A stretch of DNA of 64,000 nt from positions 1,458 to 65,457 of the forward strand of contig MHXH01000018.1 of NCBI GenBank assembly GCA_001824435.1. The letters run 5' to 3'. Shown here in pieces: positions 38,781-49,300 of the stretch. Below the pieces are notes generated by a model. The model was given only the letters and a program-made list of their open reading frames with translations. It was not told the origin of the DNA and made no database searches. The stretch's first letter is position 1; every line of letters starts with the position of its first letter. Origin of the DNA: Parcubacteria group bacterium RIFCSPLOWO2_01_FULL_48_18 (GTDB taxonomy: Bacteria; Patescibacteriota; Minisyncoccia; UBA6257; WO2-01-48-18). The position numbers and the translations under genes are program-made.

Positions 38781-40880
38781 TCATTCCTGGTATACTCTCT
38801 TTCTTAATTCTTCCACCCGCGTTTTCAGCAGGGGGTATTTTTTAAATCGTTGATCTTTTTGAATAATTTTTACCGCTTCGGTGCGGGCAAGTTTGACCAG
38901 ATCGAGGTTTTTAAGCGCTTTCATGGCAAGATCGGGAATGCCGGACTGCTTGGTTCCCAAAAATTCTCCGGGTCCGCGGATTTCAAGATCCTTCTGCGCA
39001 AGTTCGAAACCGTTCTTCGCGATCAGAAGCGCCCTCAAACGCTGGTGCGTTGAAACCGCCGGAGAATCCGTAAACAAAAAGCAGTGCGATTGATACTCTC
39101 CTCTCCCCACCCTTCCGCGAAATTGATACAACTGGGCAAGGCCGAACCGATCGGCGCCCTCAATCATCATAATCGTGGCGTTGGGCACGTCGACGCCCAC
39201 CTCAATGACGGAGGTCGAAACCAACACATCGTGATCGCGACTCCGAAACTCATTCATGATTCTTTCTTTTTCTTTCGGTTTCATCTGCCCGTGCAGCATG
39301 ACGATTCTCAAGTCAGGAAAGACGGAATTTTTCAACTTCTCATATTGCTCAGTTACCGACTTTGCCTCCAGGTGCGGAGAATCTTCAATGAGCGGGCAAA
39401 TAATAAAAACCTGCTGTCCTTTCTGAACCTCACTGCGGATAAAATCATACGCATTTTGGCGGTCTGCCGGAGCGACTATCTGCGTAATGATCTCCTGCCT
39501 TCCTTTCGGTAATTCGTCGATAATGGAAATATCGAGATCGCCGAAGAGCGCCAAACTAAGCGTGCGCGGGATAGGCGTAGCGCTCATGGAAAGCAGATGC
39601 GGATAGTATTTCGTTTTAGCCGTTTTCTGCCAATCGCGCGCAAGACGAGCTCGCTGACTGACCCCAAACCGATGCTGCTCGTCAATAACCGCGAGCCCGA
39701 GTTTGTTAAATTTCACTTTTTCCTGAATAAGCGCGTGCGTGCCGATAATGATATGTACCCTTCCGGCGTCGATTTCTTTTATCACGTTTGCTTTTTTGCT
39801 TTGCGCTTCAAGCCCTGAAAATGCAAGCCGTTGTTGCCCCGAAGTCAAAAGTGCGATGCCGCAATCAAAGCCTTTAAACAGGTCGCTGATTGTTTTAAAG
39901 TGTTGGTATGCGAGTACCTCGGTAGGCGCCATAAATGCCGCCTGATGTCCCCTTTCCGACACCAGCAGGGCTGCGACGGCTGCGACAACTGTCTTACCAG
40001 ACCCCACATCACCCTCCAAAAGCCGGTTCATCGGCTTGCCCTGCTTGATGTCTTTCAAAATTTCCCACAGCGATCGTTTCTGCGCAAACGTGAGTTCAAA
40101 CGGAAGAACCCCAATAATCTGTTTAACGCGTTCAATATCCCATTGGATCGTCGCCGCTTTTTCTTGCGCCAGTTTTAATTTTTCTTCGACATTGATAAGC
40201 TGAACTATGAATAATTCTTCGAAGGCGAATCTTCGCTTCGCGGCATCCGCGTCTTCAATCGAAGGCGGGAAATGAATATGCTGCATGGCGTCATTTATTT
40301 CCGGAAGTTTCGTTCGCGCTCGAACTTCTTTCGGAATCGAATCCGGGAGCAATTCAAGGGCGTCAAGAATCGGCTTGATGACGAATCGGAGCGCCTTAGA
40401 GGTCAGCCCCTTTGTTTCGGGATAAATAGGAACGAGTCTTGCAGTATGCCGCGGTTGGCCCTGACGCTCATCCGTGATGATTTCATAAACCGGATTTGAA
40501 AAATATATTTCGTCTTCGTCCCAGCCAATCTTCCCGGCAAGGTTCACCAGGCTCCCGCGGCGCAAAATGCTTGCGATAAAAGGCTGGTTAAACCAGATTG
40601 CCCGCACCGCACCGCTTTGGTCGGCTACGGTCGCTTCGGTAATAAACATTCGCTTGCGCCAACTCTGCCGGACGCCGATATCCCGTACAAACCCCTGAAC
40701 CGTCGCCTGTTCATTCGGTTCAAGTTCCATGATCGACGTGATTTTGGAAAAATCTTCGTATCTGAAAGGAAAGTGAAAAATCAAATCGCGCACCGTTTCG
40801 ATTTTCAATTTCTCGAGTTTTCGAAGATACTTAGGACCGATTCCACGAATATGTATCAGCTGAGTATTTAGAGAAAACAT
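38781..40880 (-). CDS. recG: ATP-dependent DNA helicase RecG
   Basis: MNRLLEGDVGSGKT, DEQHRFGV, MSATPIPRTL, Q.RGRVGRG, DLEIRGPGE..G..QSG. Confidence 0.98.
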   Translation of the reverse strand: MFSLNTQLIHIRGIGPKYLRKLEKLKIETVRDLIFHFPFRYEDFSKITSIMELEPNEQATVQGFVRDIGVRQSWRKRMFITEATVADQSGAVRAIWFNQPFIASILRRGSLVNLAGKIGWDEDEIYFSNPVYEIITDERQGQPRHTARLVPIYPETKGLTSKALRFVIKPILDALELLPDSIPKEVRARTKLPEINDAMQHIHFPPSIEDADAAKRRFAFEELFIVQLINVEEKLKLAQEKAATIQWDIERVKQIIGVLPFELTFAQKRSLWEILKDIKQGKPMNRLLEGDVGSGKTVVAAVAALLVSERGHQAAFMAPTEVLAYQHFKTISDLFKGFDCGIALLTSGQQRLAFSGLEAQSKKANVIKEIDAGRVHIIIGTHALIQEKVKFNKLGLAVIDEQHRFGVSQRARLARDWQKTAKTKYYPHLLSMSATPIPRTLSLALFGDLDISIIDELPKGRQEIITQIVAPADRQNAYDFIRSEVQKGQQVFIICPLIEDSPHLEAKSVTEQYEKLKNSVFPDLRIVMLHGQMKPKEKERIMNEFRSRDHDVLVSTSVIEVGVDVPNATIMMIEGADRFGLAQLYQFRGRVGRGEYQSHCFLFTDSPAVSTHQRLRALLIAKNGFELAQKDLEIRGPGEFLGTKQSGIPDLAMKALKNLDLVKLARTEAVKIIQKDQRFKKYPLLKTRVEELRKRVYQE

Positions 40881-40955
40881 TTTTGGAAAGAAAGTTTAGT
40901 CATTGGGGGTTGGTAATTGCTTGCCCGCCTAAGCCTTGGCGTAGGTGGGGGAATT

Positions 40956-42254
40956 TTATCTGTATCCCTTAAATTGTTCGGCGCCGTAAATCCTCTTCTG
41001 TCGTTCAATATTTCCGAGCAGCGCCAGGGGAATAATTGCAACTGCCGATGTGGCGGCCGCGAAGATAAACGGCGCCGGTTTGCCGATGTCTTGCCACAGT
41101 ATACCACCGAAAAAATTGGCAGGCAAGGCCGCCAGTCCTGCTACAAGATGGTATGCCCCAAAAGCTTTTCCGCTTTGCTGAAGCGGAGCAAGGTCGGCAA
41201 CCAACGCCCGAAATATAGTATCTCCTGCTGCGACAAAGATACCATACAATGCAAAAAGAATCCAAACGGTGTATGCGTTCGCCCCAAAGGCGAACCCAAG
41301 ATTCGTGAGCGAGAATAACACAAATCCGGCAATCAAAACTTTTGTCCTTCCGATCCGGTCAGAAAGCCTACCGATCGGATATGCAGCTGCGGCGTACGAC
41401 GCATTATAGAGAAGGTAGACAAGCGGGATGAAGGCAAGGTCAGTGCCCGCATCCTGCGCGCGCAGGATGAAAAATGCGTAACTGAAATTACCAAGGGCAA
41501 AAATAGCCGCCGCAACAAGGAGCAGCTTGAAATTTTTTGAAAAAACCAAGGGTCGGCCATCGGCTTCGCCACGAAAACCGGCGTCTTGCACCGATGGTTT
41601 CACGGCTGCATCAAGCATCTGGGGCGGGAAAGCACTTTCTTCCCCTCCACGTCGCGGCTCTTTCACGAATACCACCAGGCAGAAAACGGCTAACGCAGCA
41701 GGAATAAACGAAAGCCAAAAAATATTCCGCAGGTGTTCGGCAGAACTACCCCATGTAAACAGCGCCACCGAAACAATGATGGTTCCCGCGATCGCTCCGA
41801 ACGTATCCATGGCCCGATGCAGGCCAAATGATCGTCCGATACGCTCTTCGTCGACAGATTCTTTAATAAGCGCGTCTCGAGGCGAAGTTCTGATGCCCTT
41901 GCCTACCCTATCAAGAAAACGAAACACCAGCACATGCCACCAGAAAAAAGACAGCGCAAAAAATGGCTTTGAAACCGCAGAGAAAGAATAACCGAAAACC
42001 GTAAGCGTCTTGCGCCTCTTAACCTTATCCGAAACCCGGCCGGAAACATATTTAAATATGGATGCGGTTGCCTCGGCAATACCTTCAATAACTCCGACTA
42101 TAGGCATCGGCGCGCGCAATACGCCGGTAAGAAAAATGGGAAGGATCGGAAAAATCATTTCCGAGCTTACGTCGGTGAGAAGCGACGTGAGCCCGAGCCA
42201 GAATACATTCTTGGGATTTTTTACGCTACCGCCCCTTGGTACGCCTTCAGTCAT
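40956..42254 (-). CDS. MFS transporter
   Basis: About 12 TM; G.VSDK..RR and GRLSDRIGR motif A; DRVGKGIR..PRDAL. Confidence 0.92.
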   Translation of the reverse strand: MTEGVPRGGSVKNPKNVFWLGLTSLLTDVSSEMIFPILPIFLTGVLRAPMPIVGVIEGIAEATASIFKYVSGRVSDKVKRRKTLTVFGYSFSAVSKPFFALSFFWWHVLVFRFLDRVGKGIRTSPRDALIKESVDEERIGRSFGLHRAMDTFGAIAGTIIVSVALFTWGSSAEHLRNIFWLSFIPAALAVFCLVVFVKEPRRGGEESAFPPQMLDAAVKPSVQDAGFRGEADGRPLVFSKNFKLLLVAAAIFALGNFSYAFFILRAQDAGTDLAFIPLVYLLYNASYAAAAYPIGRLSDRIGRTKVLIAGFVLFSLTNLGFAFGANAYTVWILFALYGIFVAAGDTIFRALVADLAPLQQSGKAFGAYHLVAGLAALPANFFGGILWQDIGKPAPFIFAAATSAVAIIPLALLGNIERQKRIYGAEQFKGYR

Positions 42255-42326
42255 TTCGCAATTGTACCACACCAATAATAAAACCGCACGCCGTGGTGCG
42301 GTAATAACTGCAAAACTACCAATGGT

Positions 42327-43325
42327 CTACTGAATTCTCGAGAAAATGATCACCGTTGCCATGGCAAGAAAGATCGCGAATATTTTCTTCGCGGTCATCT
42401 TTTCTTTCAGAACGAAAAAACCGAGAAGGACGGTTACCGCCGGATACATGGAAGAGATCGGAGCGACAACGGATACGTAGTGCGCATCGAGGAGCTGCCA
42501 AAGGCAGAACAGCACAACCTGAAAAATCAAAATCTTCGCAAGCATCAAGGCAATGCCCGCGGTGCTCCATTTGAGCGGCGGGAGCAGCGCCGGTTTGTAT
42601 ATACGCAAGAACGGCAACGCTGGTGCGGCAATAATCCAGAAAAGGGTTTTTCCAAAAAATACCATTCCCCCGTCCCACACAAAAGGGATCAAAGCAGGGC
42701 TCCCCCGTCTTTTGAGTATGCGATGGTAAACAAAAATGCTTAGCGGCGACGTGGCATTCCCGAGAATAAAGCCCCACAAAAAACGACCGCCGATACCAGC
42801 TCCTTCCACGGCGATTTTATCAAGAAATCCGATAACCCCGGAAATAAGGATAAGGAAAAATACGGAGCGCAAAACGGCGCCGGACGCACGAACAGCCTTG
42901 TCCCTGCCTTGATAGAGAAGATACACCGCAAAAACCGCGCATGCGACAACAAAAATTCTTGAAAATCCCAACGGCTCCCGAAGGATAGCGACCCCCAATA
43001 AAACAGTTATGAGAGGATGGATGGAAGTTGCCGGCACCACAAAGCTTATGGGTTCTTTCTCTACAAGTTCAAAGTAGAGAATTCCATGAAGGTGCACCAG
43101 GGCGACAAGCGCCAATATCCACGGGATTGCCGCCGCATCCTTGATAACGAAAAGCGAAGGAAAGAAAGCCCGATAGAAGACAAAGAATGAAAAAACGATC
43201 CAGGGACCGAGGATGGTTCCCCATAGAAGCCGTGACATCCCGAATCTTTCCTGAATCGGCTTATCGATGAACGCGGCTACGCCTTGGCCAATAATAATGA
43301 CGGTCAGCGCGAGCGCCAGCGACAA
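42327..43325 (-). CDS. EamA/DMT family transporter
   Basis: Two repeats of S.V.P....P..TVLLG...L.E; TTG start after GGAG. Confidence 0.82.
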   Translation of the reverse strand: MSLALALTVIIIGQGVAAFIDKPIQERFGMSRLLWGTILGPWIVFSFFVFYRAFFPSLFVIKDAAAIPWILALVALVHLHGILYFELVEKEPISFVVPATSIHPLITVLLGVAILREPLGFSRIFVVACAVFAVYLLYQGRDKAVRASGAVLRSVFFLILISGVIGFLDKIAVEGAGIGGRFLWGFILGNATSPLSIFVYHRILKRRGSPALIPFVWDGGMVFFGKTLFWIIAAPALPFLRIYKPALLPPLKWSTAGIALMLAKILIFQVVLFCLWQLLDAHYVSVVAPISSMYPAVTVLLGFFVLKEKMTAKKIFAIFLAMATVIIFSRIQ

Positions 43326-43491
43326 TTTACATCTCCTCTCATCGGACGAGCAGAGAACGTCCAGGAATACAAAATGCTTAAACGAACTGCGTATATCATA
43401 GCACGCTCGCCACACTCCATCAATGCGTCATAGGACAAAACAAAAAAGGCCCCGAAGGGCATAGCTCATTATTTGTTAGAATTCCGTGCTG

Positions 43492-43770
43492 TTATTTAAC
43501 GAAGTACTCGACAAGCTTAATGACGAACGCAGCAACAAGCAGTGCTTCCGCTACATAGCCCAGGGAAACCGCAATAAATAAGAACGGGGATTCTTGAGAA
43601 ACGCTTCTATGTAACTCCTTAAACGCTGTATCAGCATCGCCCTGGCTAGCTTTCCGTACCGCGCCCCACACTCCCCTAAAACGTCTGAGCTGATTCCACG
43701 AAACATACCCCAAGCAACCAATCAACGCTACCAACCAGACGTACCAGTAGCCTGCGATAAAACCGATCAT
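43492..43770 (-). CDS. Hypothetical 2-TM protein
   Basis: Two hydrophobic helices; purine-rich RBS upstream. Confidence 0.65.
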   Translation of the reverse strand: MIGFIAGYWYVWLVALIGCLGYVSWNQLRRFRGVWGAVRKASQGDADTAFKELHRSVSQESPFLFIAVSLGYVAEALLVAAFVIKLVEYFVK

Positions 43771-43863
43771 ACCCTTCCTTTCCTATACGCACACCGTGAA
43801 TAACGGGTGCTGCGGCGAAAACGCCTAGTACCGAAGCAGCCCGAGAACTGATACAATTATAGC

Positions 43864-44739
43864 ATGCTTATGCTTCCTGTCAAGATTCCAAAGCTTATCG
43901 ACTCGCACACACATGTCCAGTTCGCCGCATACGACGCCGACCGCGATGCGGTTATTCAACGCGCGCTTGAAAACGGTGTGTGGTGTATTAACGTCGGCAC
44001 CCAACGCGACACTTCGAAAAAGGCAGTAGAACTTGCGGAACAATACGAAGGCCTTTTTGCGACGGTCGGACTCCATCCGATTCACACGGAAAAGTCGTAC
44101 CATGACGCGCAAGAACTTGGCGCATCCGAAGACGCAAAGGGATTTTCAAGCCGCGGCGAAGTATTTGATAAACCATACTATGCATCGCTGGCTGCGCATC
44201 CGAAGACGGTTGCGATCGGCGAGTGCGGATTGGATTACTTTCGCCTTCCGAACGATGAAAAGTCGAAACAAACACAGAAGGATGTCTTTGAAAAGCATAT
44301 TACCGTGGCGGTCGATGTTCGCAAATCCCTCATGTGCCACTGCCGGCCGTCAAAAAACAACCAAGACGCATACGATGAATTATATGAAATCGTGAAGCCG
44401 CGCATCGATACGTTGAAAGCCACGGTTCTTCACTTTTTCGTCGGCAACCTCGATACGGCTAAAAAATTCCTCGATTTGGGATTTTACTTTACCTTCGGCG
44501 GCGTCATCACTTTTGCGCGCAATTACGACGAGGTCATTGCATATCTCCCGCTCGACCGGATCCTACTTGAAACCGACGCACCATATGTTACGCCCGAACC
44601 CTATCGCGGTAAACGCAATGAACCGGCCCATATCGTAGAAGTTGCAAAAAGAATGTGCGAGTTGAAAAAAACAGACATCGAAGCGCTACAGTATAAAATT
44701 CTCAAAAACAACCGTACGGTGTTCGGAATAACGCATTAA
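43864..44739 (+). CDS. tatD: TatD family DNase
   Basis: IDSHTH, GLHP, AIGECGLDY, HCR, LHFF, LETDAPY..P.PYRGKRNEP. Confidence 0.95.
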   Translation: MLMLPVKIPKLIDSHTHVQFAAYDADRDAVIQRALENGVWCINVGTQRDTSKKAVELAEQYEGLFATVGLHPIHTEKSYHDAQELGASEDAKGFSSRGEVFDKPYYASLAAHPKTVAIGECGLDYFRLPNDEKSKQTQKDVFEKHITVAVDVRKSLMCHCRPSKNNQDAYDELYEIVKPRIDTLKATVLHFFVGNLDTAKKFLDLGFYFTFGGVITFARNYDEVIAYLPLDRILLETDAPYVTPEPYRGKRNEPAHIVEVAKRMCELKKTDIEALQYKILKNNRTVFGITH

Positions 44740-44765
44740 TAAAAATGGCCCCGCGATTTACGAGG

Positions 44766-45728
44766 TCATATCTTCCCATTCGCCTTGGCCTTACGGTAGC
44801 CGGGTAACAGAATATCAATAAGCTGCTGCTCAACTGTTTTCTTTGGTTTCGGCTCCACGGTAATCCATGTTCTGCTAACTTCTCCTTCTTTAGCAAATCC
44901 CTCATCACCCTTTCCCCAAACTCCATCGTATACGATTCTGGGGGCTCCCTTCGTTGAATCCACTCGCGCCCGCGCATACGCAAGCGCGATGGGCGTCCTT
45001 CCGCGCTCCTTGTCTTCATACGAAGTAATAATCAATTTTCCCTGATGCCCTTCATCCAAAAAGCACTCTTGCACTTTTACGGTAATGCCGCTTAAAAACC
45101 GTTTAATCCCCCCCTTCGGAAAAAGTTCAATTTTTTTGCACAGCACATACTCCAATGCCAGAAGATTCATGCTGTCCCTCGAAATTCCCAGCTCTTCAAA
45201 AGGATCGAAGTTAAGGTCTACCCGCTTCACTGCGGCCCGCCGCACAAAATCTGCAGCAAGCGCATGAAACGTAAGAGAGTCGGCCAGCATCCATTCCCGT
45301 AAGATTCCGCTCGGATTACCCTTGAGCAAAAATTGATCATCAACCCACAGCCGTTCAATCGTATGTCTGCCGGATGAATCCTCACGCTCCAGCGAGACAG
45401 CAAATACGATTGGTTCAAACTCCGTCCGTTCGGCTAAAAGAGTGAGTGTCAAAGCGTTGCGGTCAATAACTTCAAGACTGTCCTTCACATACGTTTTTTT
45501 ATAAACAATCGTGAGGGATTTCAGAAGCGGGTGTTGGGCTGGAAAGTCATAGGCGAACAACTGGTATGAGCCGAATTCAGAAACGTATGGCGCATCAAAC
45601 GGCTGTACTGCCCGGTATGAGCGTTCAATCGCCTGCACCACCGAGTCAGCAATCTGCGCTCTTAAAGTGCTGGCGCCGCCGCACAGAAATAGACCCAACA
45701 CAGCTAAGGCGCGAGCGACCATGAACAC
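44766..45728 (-). CDS. Hypothetical secreted protein
   Basis: 320-aa ORF with a signal-peptide-like N-terminus; no recognised motif. Confidence 0.7.
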   Translation of the reverse strand: MFMVARALAVLGLFLCGGASTLRAQIADSVVQAIERSYRAVQPFDAPYVSEFGSYQLFAYDFPAQHPLLKSLTIVYKKTYVKDSLEVIDRNALTLTLLAERTEFEPIVFAVSLEREDSSGRHTIERLWVDDQFLLKGNPSGILREWMLADSLTFHALAADFVRRAAVKRVDLNFDPFEELGISRDSMNLLALEYVLCKKIELFPKGGIKRFLSGITVKVQECFLDEGHQGKLIITSYEDKERGRTPIALAYARARVDSTKGAPRIVYDGVWGKGDEGFAKEGEVSRTWITVEPKPKKTVEQQLIDILLPGYRKAKANGKI

Positions 45729-45881
45729 GAATCTCCGGATAGCCGCATTGATAAGGCACTAGAATAAGCATACAACCCGCTCGTCTGCGCCGCAAGCCGC
45801 AATGCTTTCTATGGGGCAAGCTGCGCGGTATTCTAATGAACAAACAAAAAAGCCGCTTCACAAAACGGCTTTCCAAAGAAA

Positions 45882-46265
45882 TTACTGATCGAATGACGGA
45901 AACTTTTTCCGCATCTTTCGCCCTCCCACCAGCATTGTTACAAGCATAGGGCCTAACACAAGATAAAGAATGCCTACAGCGAACAAAATTACTCCCCCCT
46001 CGGTACTCATAAGGACATCCACGGCCTGCCTAAGCACGACCAGAGACAAAAACGCTCCGACCACCCAAAAACTAAATCCTACGACGAAAGAACCCACAAG
46101 CCACCTCATTGAGTATGCCGCCGCTTCTTTGGCCTGCTGTCTCCTCTCGACAACAATAGAAACAACAAATGCTCTACCGCAGAAAGGACAATGCAACCAA
46201 CCATCCTGAACCGTTAGTCGTCTATTGCACGAATCGCATGTGTACGTCGCGGACAAAACGGCCAT
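45882..46265 (-). CDS. Zinc-ribbon + 2-TM hypothetical protein
   Basis: CDSC...CPFC followed by two TM helices. Confidence 0.7.
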   Translation of the reverse strand: MAVLSATYTCDSCNRRLTVQDGWLHCPFCGRAFVVSIVVERRQQAKEAAAYSMRWLVGSFVVGFSFWVVGAFLSLVVLRQAVDVLMSTEGGVILFAVGILYLVLGPMLVTMLVGGRKMRKKFPSFDQ

Positions 46266-46334
46266 ATCGATAACCCCCCGTTCGTTATTTTCAAAAACCC
46301 GAATTTAAGATACACTATAAACAAAGTATTGTCA

Positions 46335-49300
46335 ATGAAAAAATACAATTTTAGAACAATCGAATCGTTCTGGCAGAAAGAATGGCGCACGGAACAAATC
46401 CATGAGCCGAACTTCTCGCGACCGCAAAAACCCTTTCGGCAAGCTCTTCAGCCGCGAGCTCAGGGCCGAGTGGCTCGGGGCAGGCCTTTTTATAATCTCA
46501 TGATGTTCCCGTATCCGTCTGCCGAAGGACTCCATGTCGGCAATATGTACGCATTCACCGGCTCGGACATTTACGGCAGGTTTAAACGCATGCAAGGATA
46601 TGACGTATTCGAACCGATCGGGCTTGACGGCTTTGGCATCCACAGCGAAAACTACGCGCTCAAAACCAACCAGCATCCGATGAAACTTGCGGAAAAATCA
46701 GAGAAGAATTTTTACCGCCAGCTCCGGATGCTCGGAAACAGTTTTGCATGGAACGAAACGCTCGAAACCTACGATCCGGAATATTACAAGTGGACCCAAT
46801 GGATTTTAACGGAAATGTTCAAACGCGGGCTCATGTACCGGAAGAAGGCAGCGGTGAATTGGTGCCCATCGTGCAAAACCGTGCTTGCGGATGAACAAGT
46901 TTTGCAGAAATCTCAAGTCTCAAGTCCCAAATCTCAAAAAAACTCCAAACCCCAAATTCCAAATTCTGAACAAGACAAAGAAAATATTCCATATTCCAAA
47001 TTCCATATTCCAAATTCCAAAGTAGGGGCGTGCGAGAGATGCGAGACGCCGGTCGTGAAAAAAGAACTTGAACAGTGGTTTTTGAAAATTACGGATTATG
47101 CCGAACGGCTCTTGAGCGATCTGGAGAAAATCGATTGGTCTGAAAAAGTAAAAATCGCGCAGAGGAATTGGATCGGAAAATCTGAAGGAGCGGAGATTGA
47201 TTTTGAAATCCGGACGAAAGAAAAACCTAATTTCGTCCTACTTCACGGCTACACCGGGTCGCCAAAGCATAACTTCTTTCCTTGGCTTAAAAAAGAACTG
47301 GAGAAACGGGGATACAAGGTTCAGTCTCCAACCTTGCCGCATAGCGACGCATCCCGCGCAAACGAGAATGACGATATGGATGCGTTTCGGAAACAGGTGG
47401 AGTTAAACAGAAATACCGTACTTCTCGGCCATAGTTTGGGAACAATTGTGGCAATGAAGGCTCTTGAAAAGTTGGATTACCCGATCCGCAAACTTGCACT
47501 CGTTGGCGGATTTCTTGAGCCGCGCTTCCGCGACCACGCCCGATCCTTCACCAAAACGTTCAATTGGCGCTTTAACTTCGAAAAGATTAGGACGAACGCC
47601 GGAAAAATCACGATATTACATGACCCTAACGACCGAGCTATCCCATACGATCAGGGCGTGAAGCTCCACGACGCGCTCGGCGGCGAACTTATCGAGCCAA
47701 TACCGAAAAAATCACACTTCTGCGGAAAGGAAGAACCGGAAATTTTAAAATATGCTCTTGATCGTCTTACCGTCTTCACCACGCGACCGGACACGATTTT
47801 TGGCGCAACCTATATGGTGCTGGCGCCGGAACATCCGCTAGTCAAGAATCTGGAATCTGGAATTTTGAATTTGGAAAGAGTTAAAGATTATATCCGAAAA
47901 ACAAAAAACAAATCAGAGGAAGAACGAATTGCCGATGGGCGCGAAAAGACCGGTGTTGAACTAAAAGGAATAAAAGCAATAAATCCCGCAAACGGCGAAG
48001 AAATTCCGGTGTGGGTCGCGGATTATGTATTGAATTCGGTGGGCACAGGAGCAATCATGGCCGTGCCAGCGCACGATGAGCGAGATTTTGAGTTTGCGAA
48101 GAAATACAAACTGCCCATCATAGAGGTCGTTGAGCCCTTATTTGTAAAAACCGATGACATAGACGGAGTTCGCCCCGGATTGCCTCTTAAGGAGAGAAGC
48201 GCAATCGTTGCGGTTGTGAAGCACTGGTCCGAGGACAAATATCTTTGTCTAAAATGGAAAAAAACGGATTGGCGGGGATTTATTATTGGCGGCATCGAGG
48301 AAGACGAGGATATGGCTGAAGCCGCGGCTCGCGAGATTCGCGAAGAAACCGGTTATGCATCGGCAAGGTTTATCAGGAACTTAGGCGGTATTGTCCACGC
48401 GCGGTTTTATCATGCGGTGAAGAACGAAAATCGATGGGCCCGTTTTCACGGCTTATATTTTGAGTTAGCTGACGGAACAAGAGAGAAAATCTCCGACGAG
48501 GAAAAACAGATTCACGACGTGGTTTGGGTAGACAGAAAAGAAGTTGACCATTTCCTTGATTGGGTTACGGATATGCGTTTGATATGGCATAGGGTCTCAA
48601 GCCCGGACGACTTTCCCGGCCGGAACGACATTCACGAATCAAGCCGGGTAAACAAACAAGGTGTTTTAGCGTGCTCGGGGGAATTTAACGGAATGAACTC
48701 AGGGGAGGCGAAATGGAAGATCACCAATTTTGTAGGCGGCAAGCGGGGGAATCGGTATCGTCTCCGCGACTGGTTAATATCGCGCCAGCGCTACTGGGGG
48801 CCGCCAATACCGCTAATTTTTTGCGAAAACTGTGCAAACAAAATTAAGGAAGCCCCTCGACAAGCTCGGGGCAAATTCACCAAAGGTGAATTTGAAAACC
48901 CCGGATGGATTCCGGTGCCGGAAAAAGACTTACCCGTAAAACTTCCGTATGTAAAAGGTTTTCGACCCAGGGGAAAGGGGCAGTCGCCGCTTGCTTCGGT
49001 AAAATCTTTTTATGAGGTAAACTGCCCACGCTGCGGCAGTAGAGCGCGCGGAGAAACTGATGTTTCTGACACCTTTCTTGATTCTTCTTGGTATTACTTC
49101 GGCTACCTCGCAAAAGAAAATTCTAAATTCGAAATTCTAAATTCCAAATTCCGGGGCCGAGCAAAACAATGGCTGCCGGTTGACATGTATATCGGCGGGG
49201 CAGAGCATTCGGTTTTACATCTCCTTTACACACGTTTTATTACGAAAGTATTCCACGATTGGAAACTCATTAATTTCAACGAACCGTTTAAAAGATTCCG

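Noticed and set aside
47215-48600. Inteins in leuS
   Set aside because: No Cys/Ser start, His-Asn end or LAGLIDADG motifs; the inserts are hydrolase and Nudix folds.
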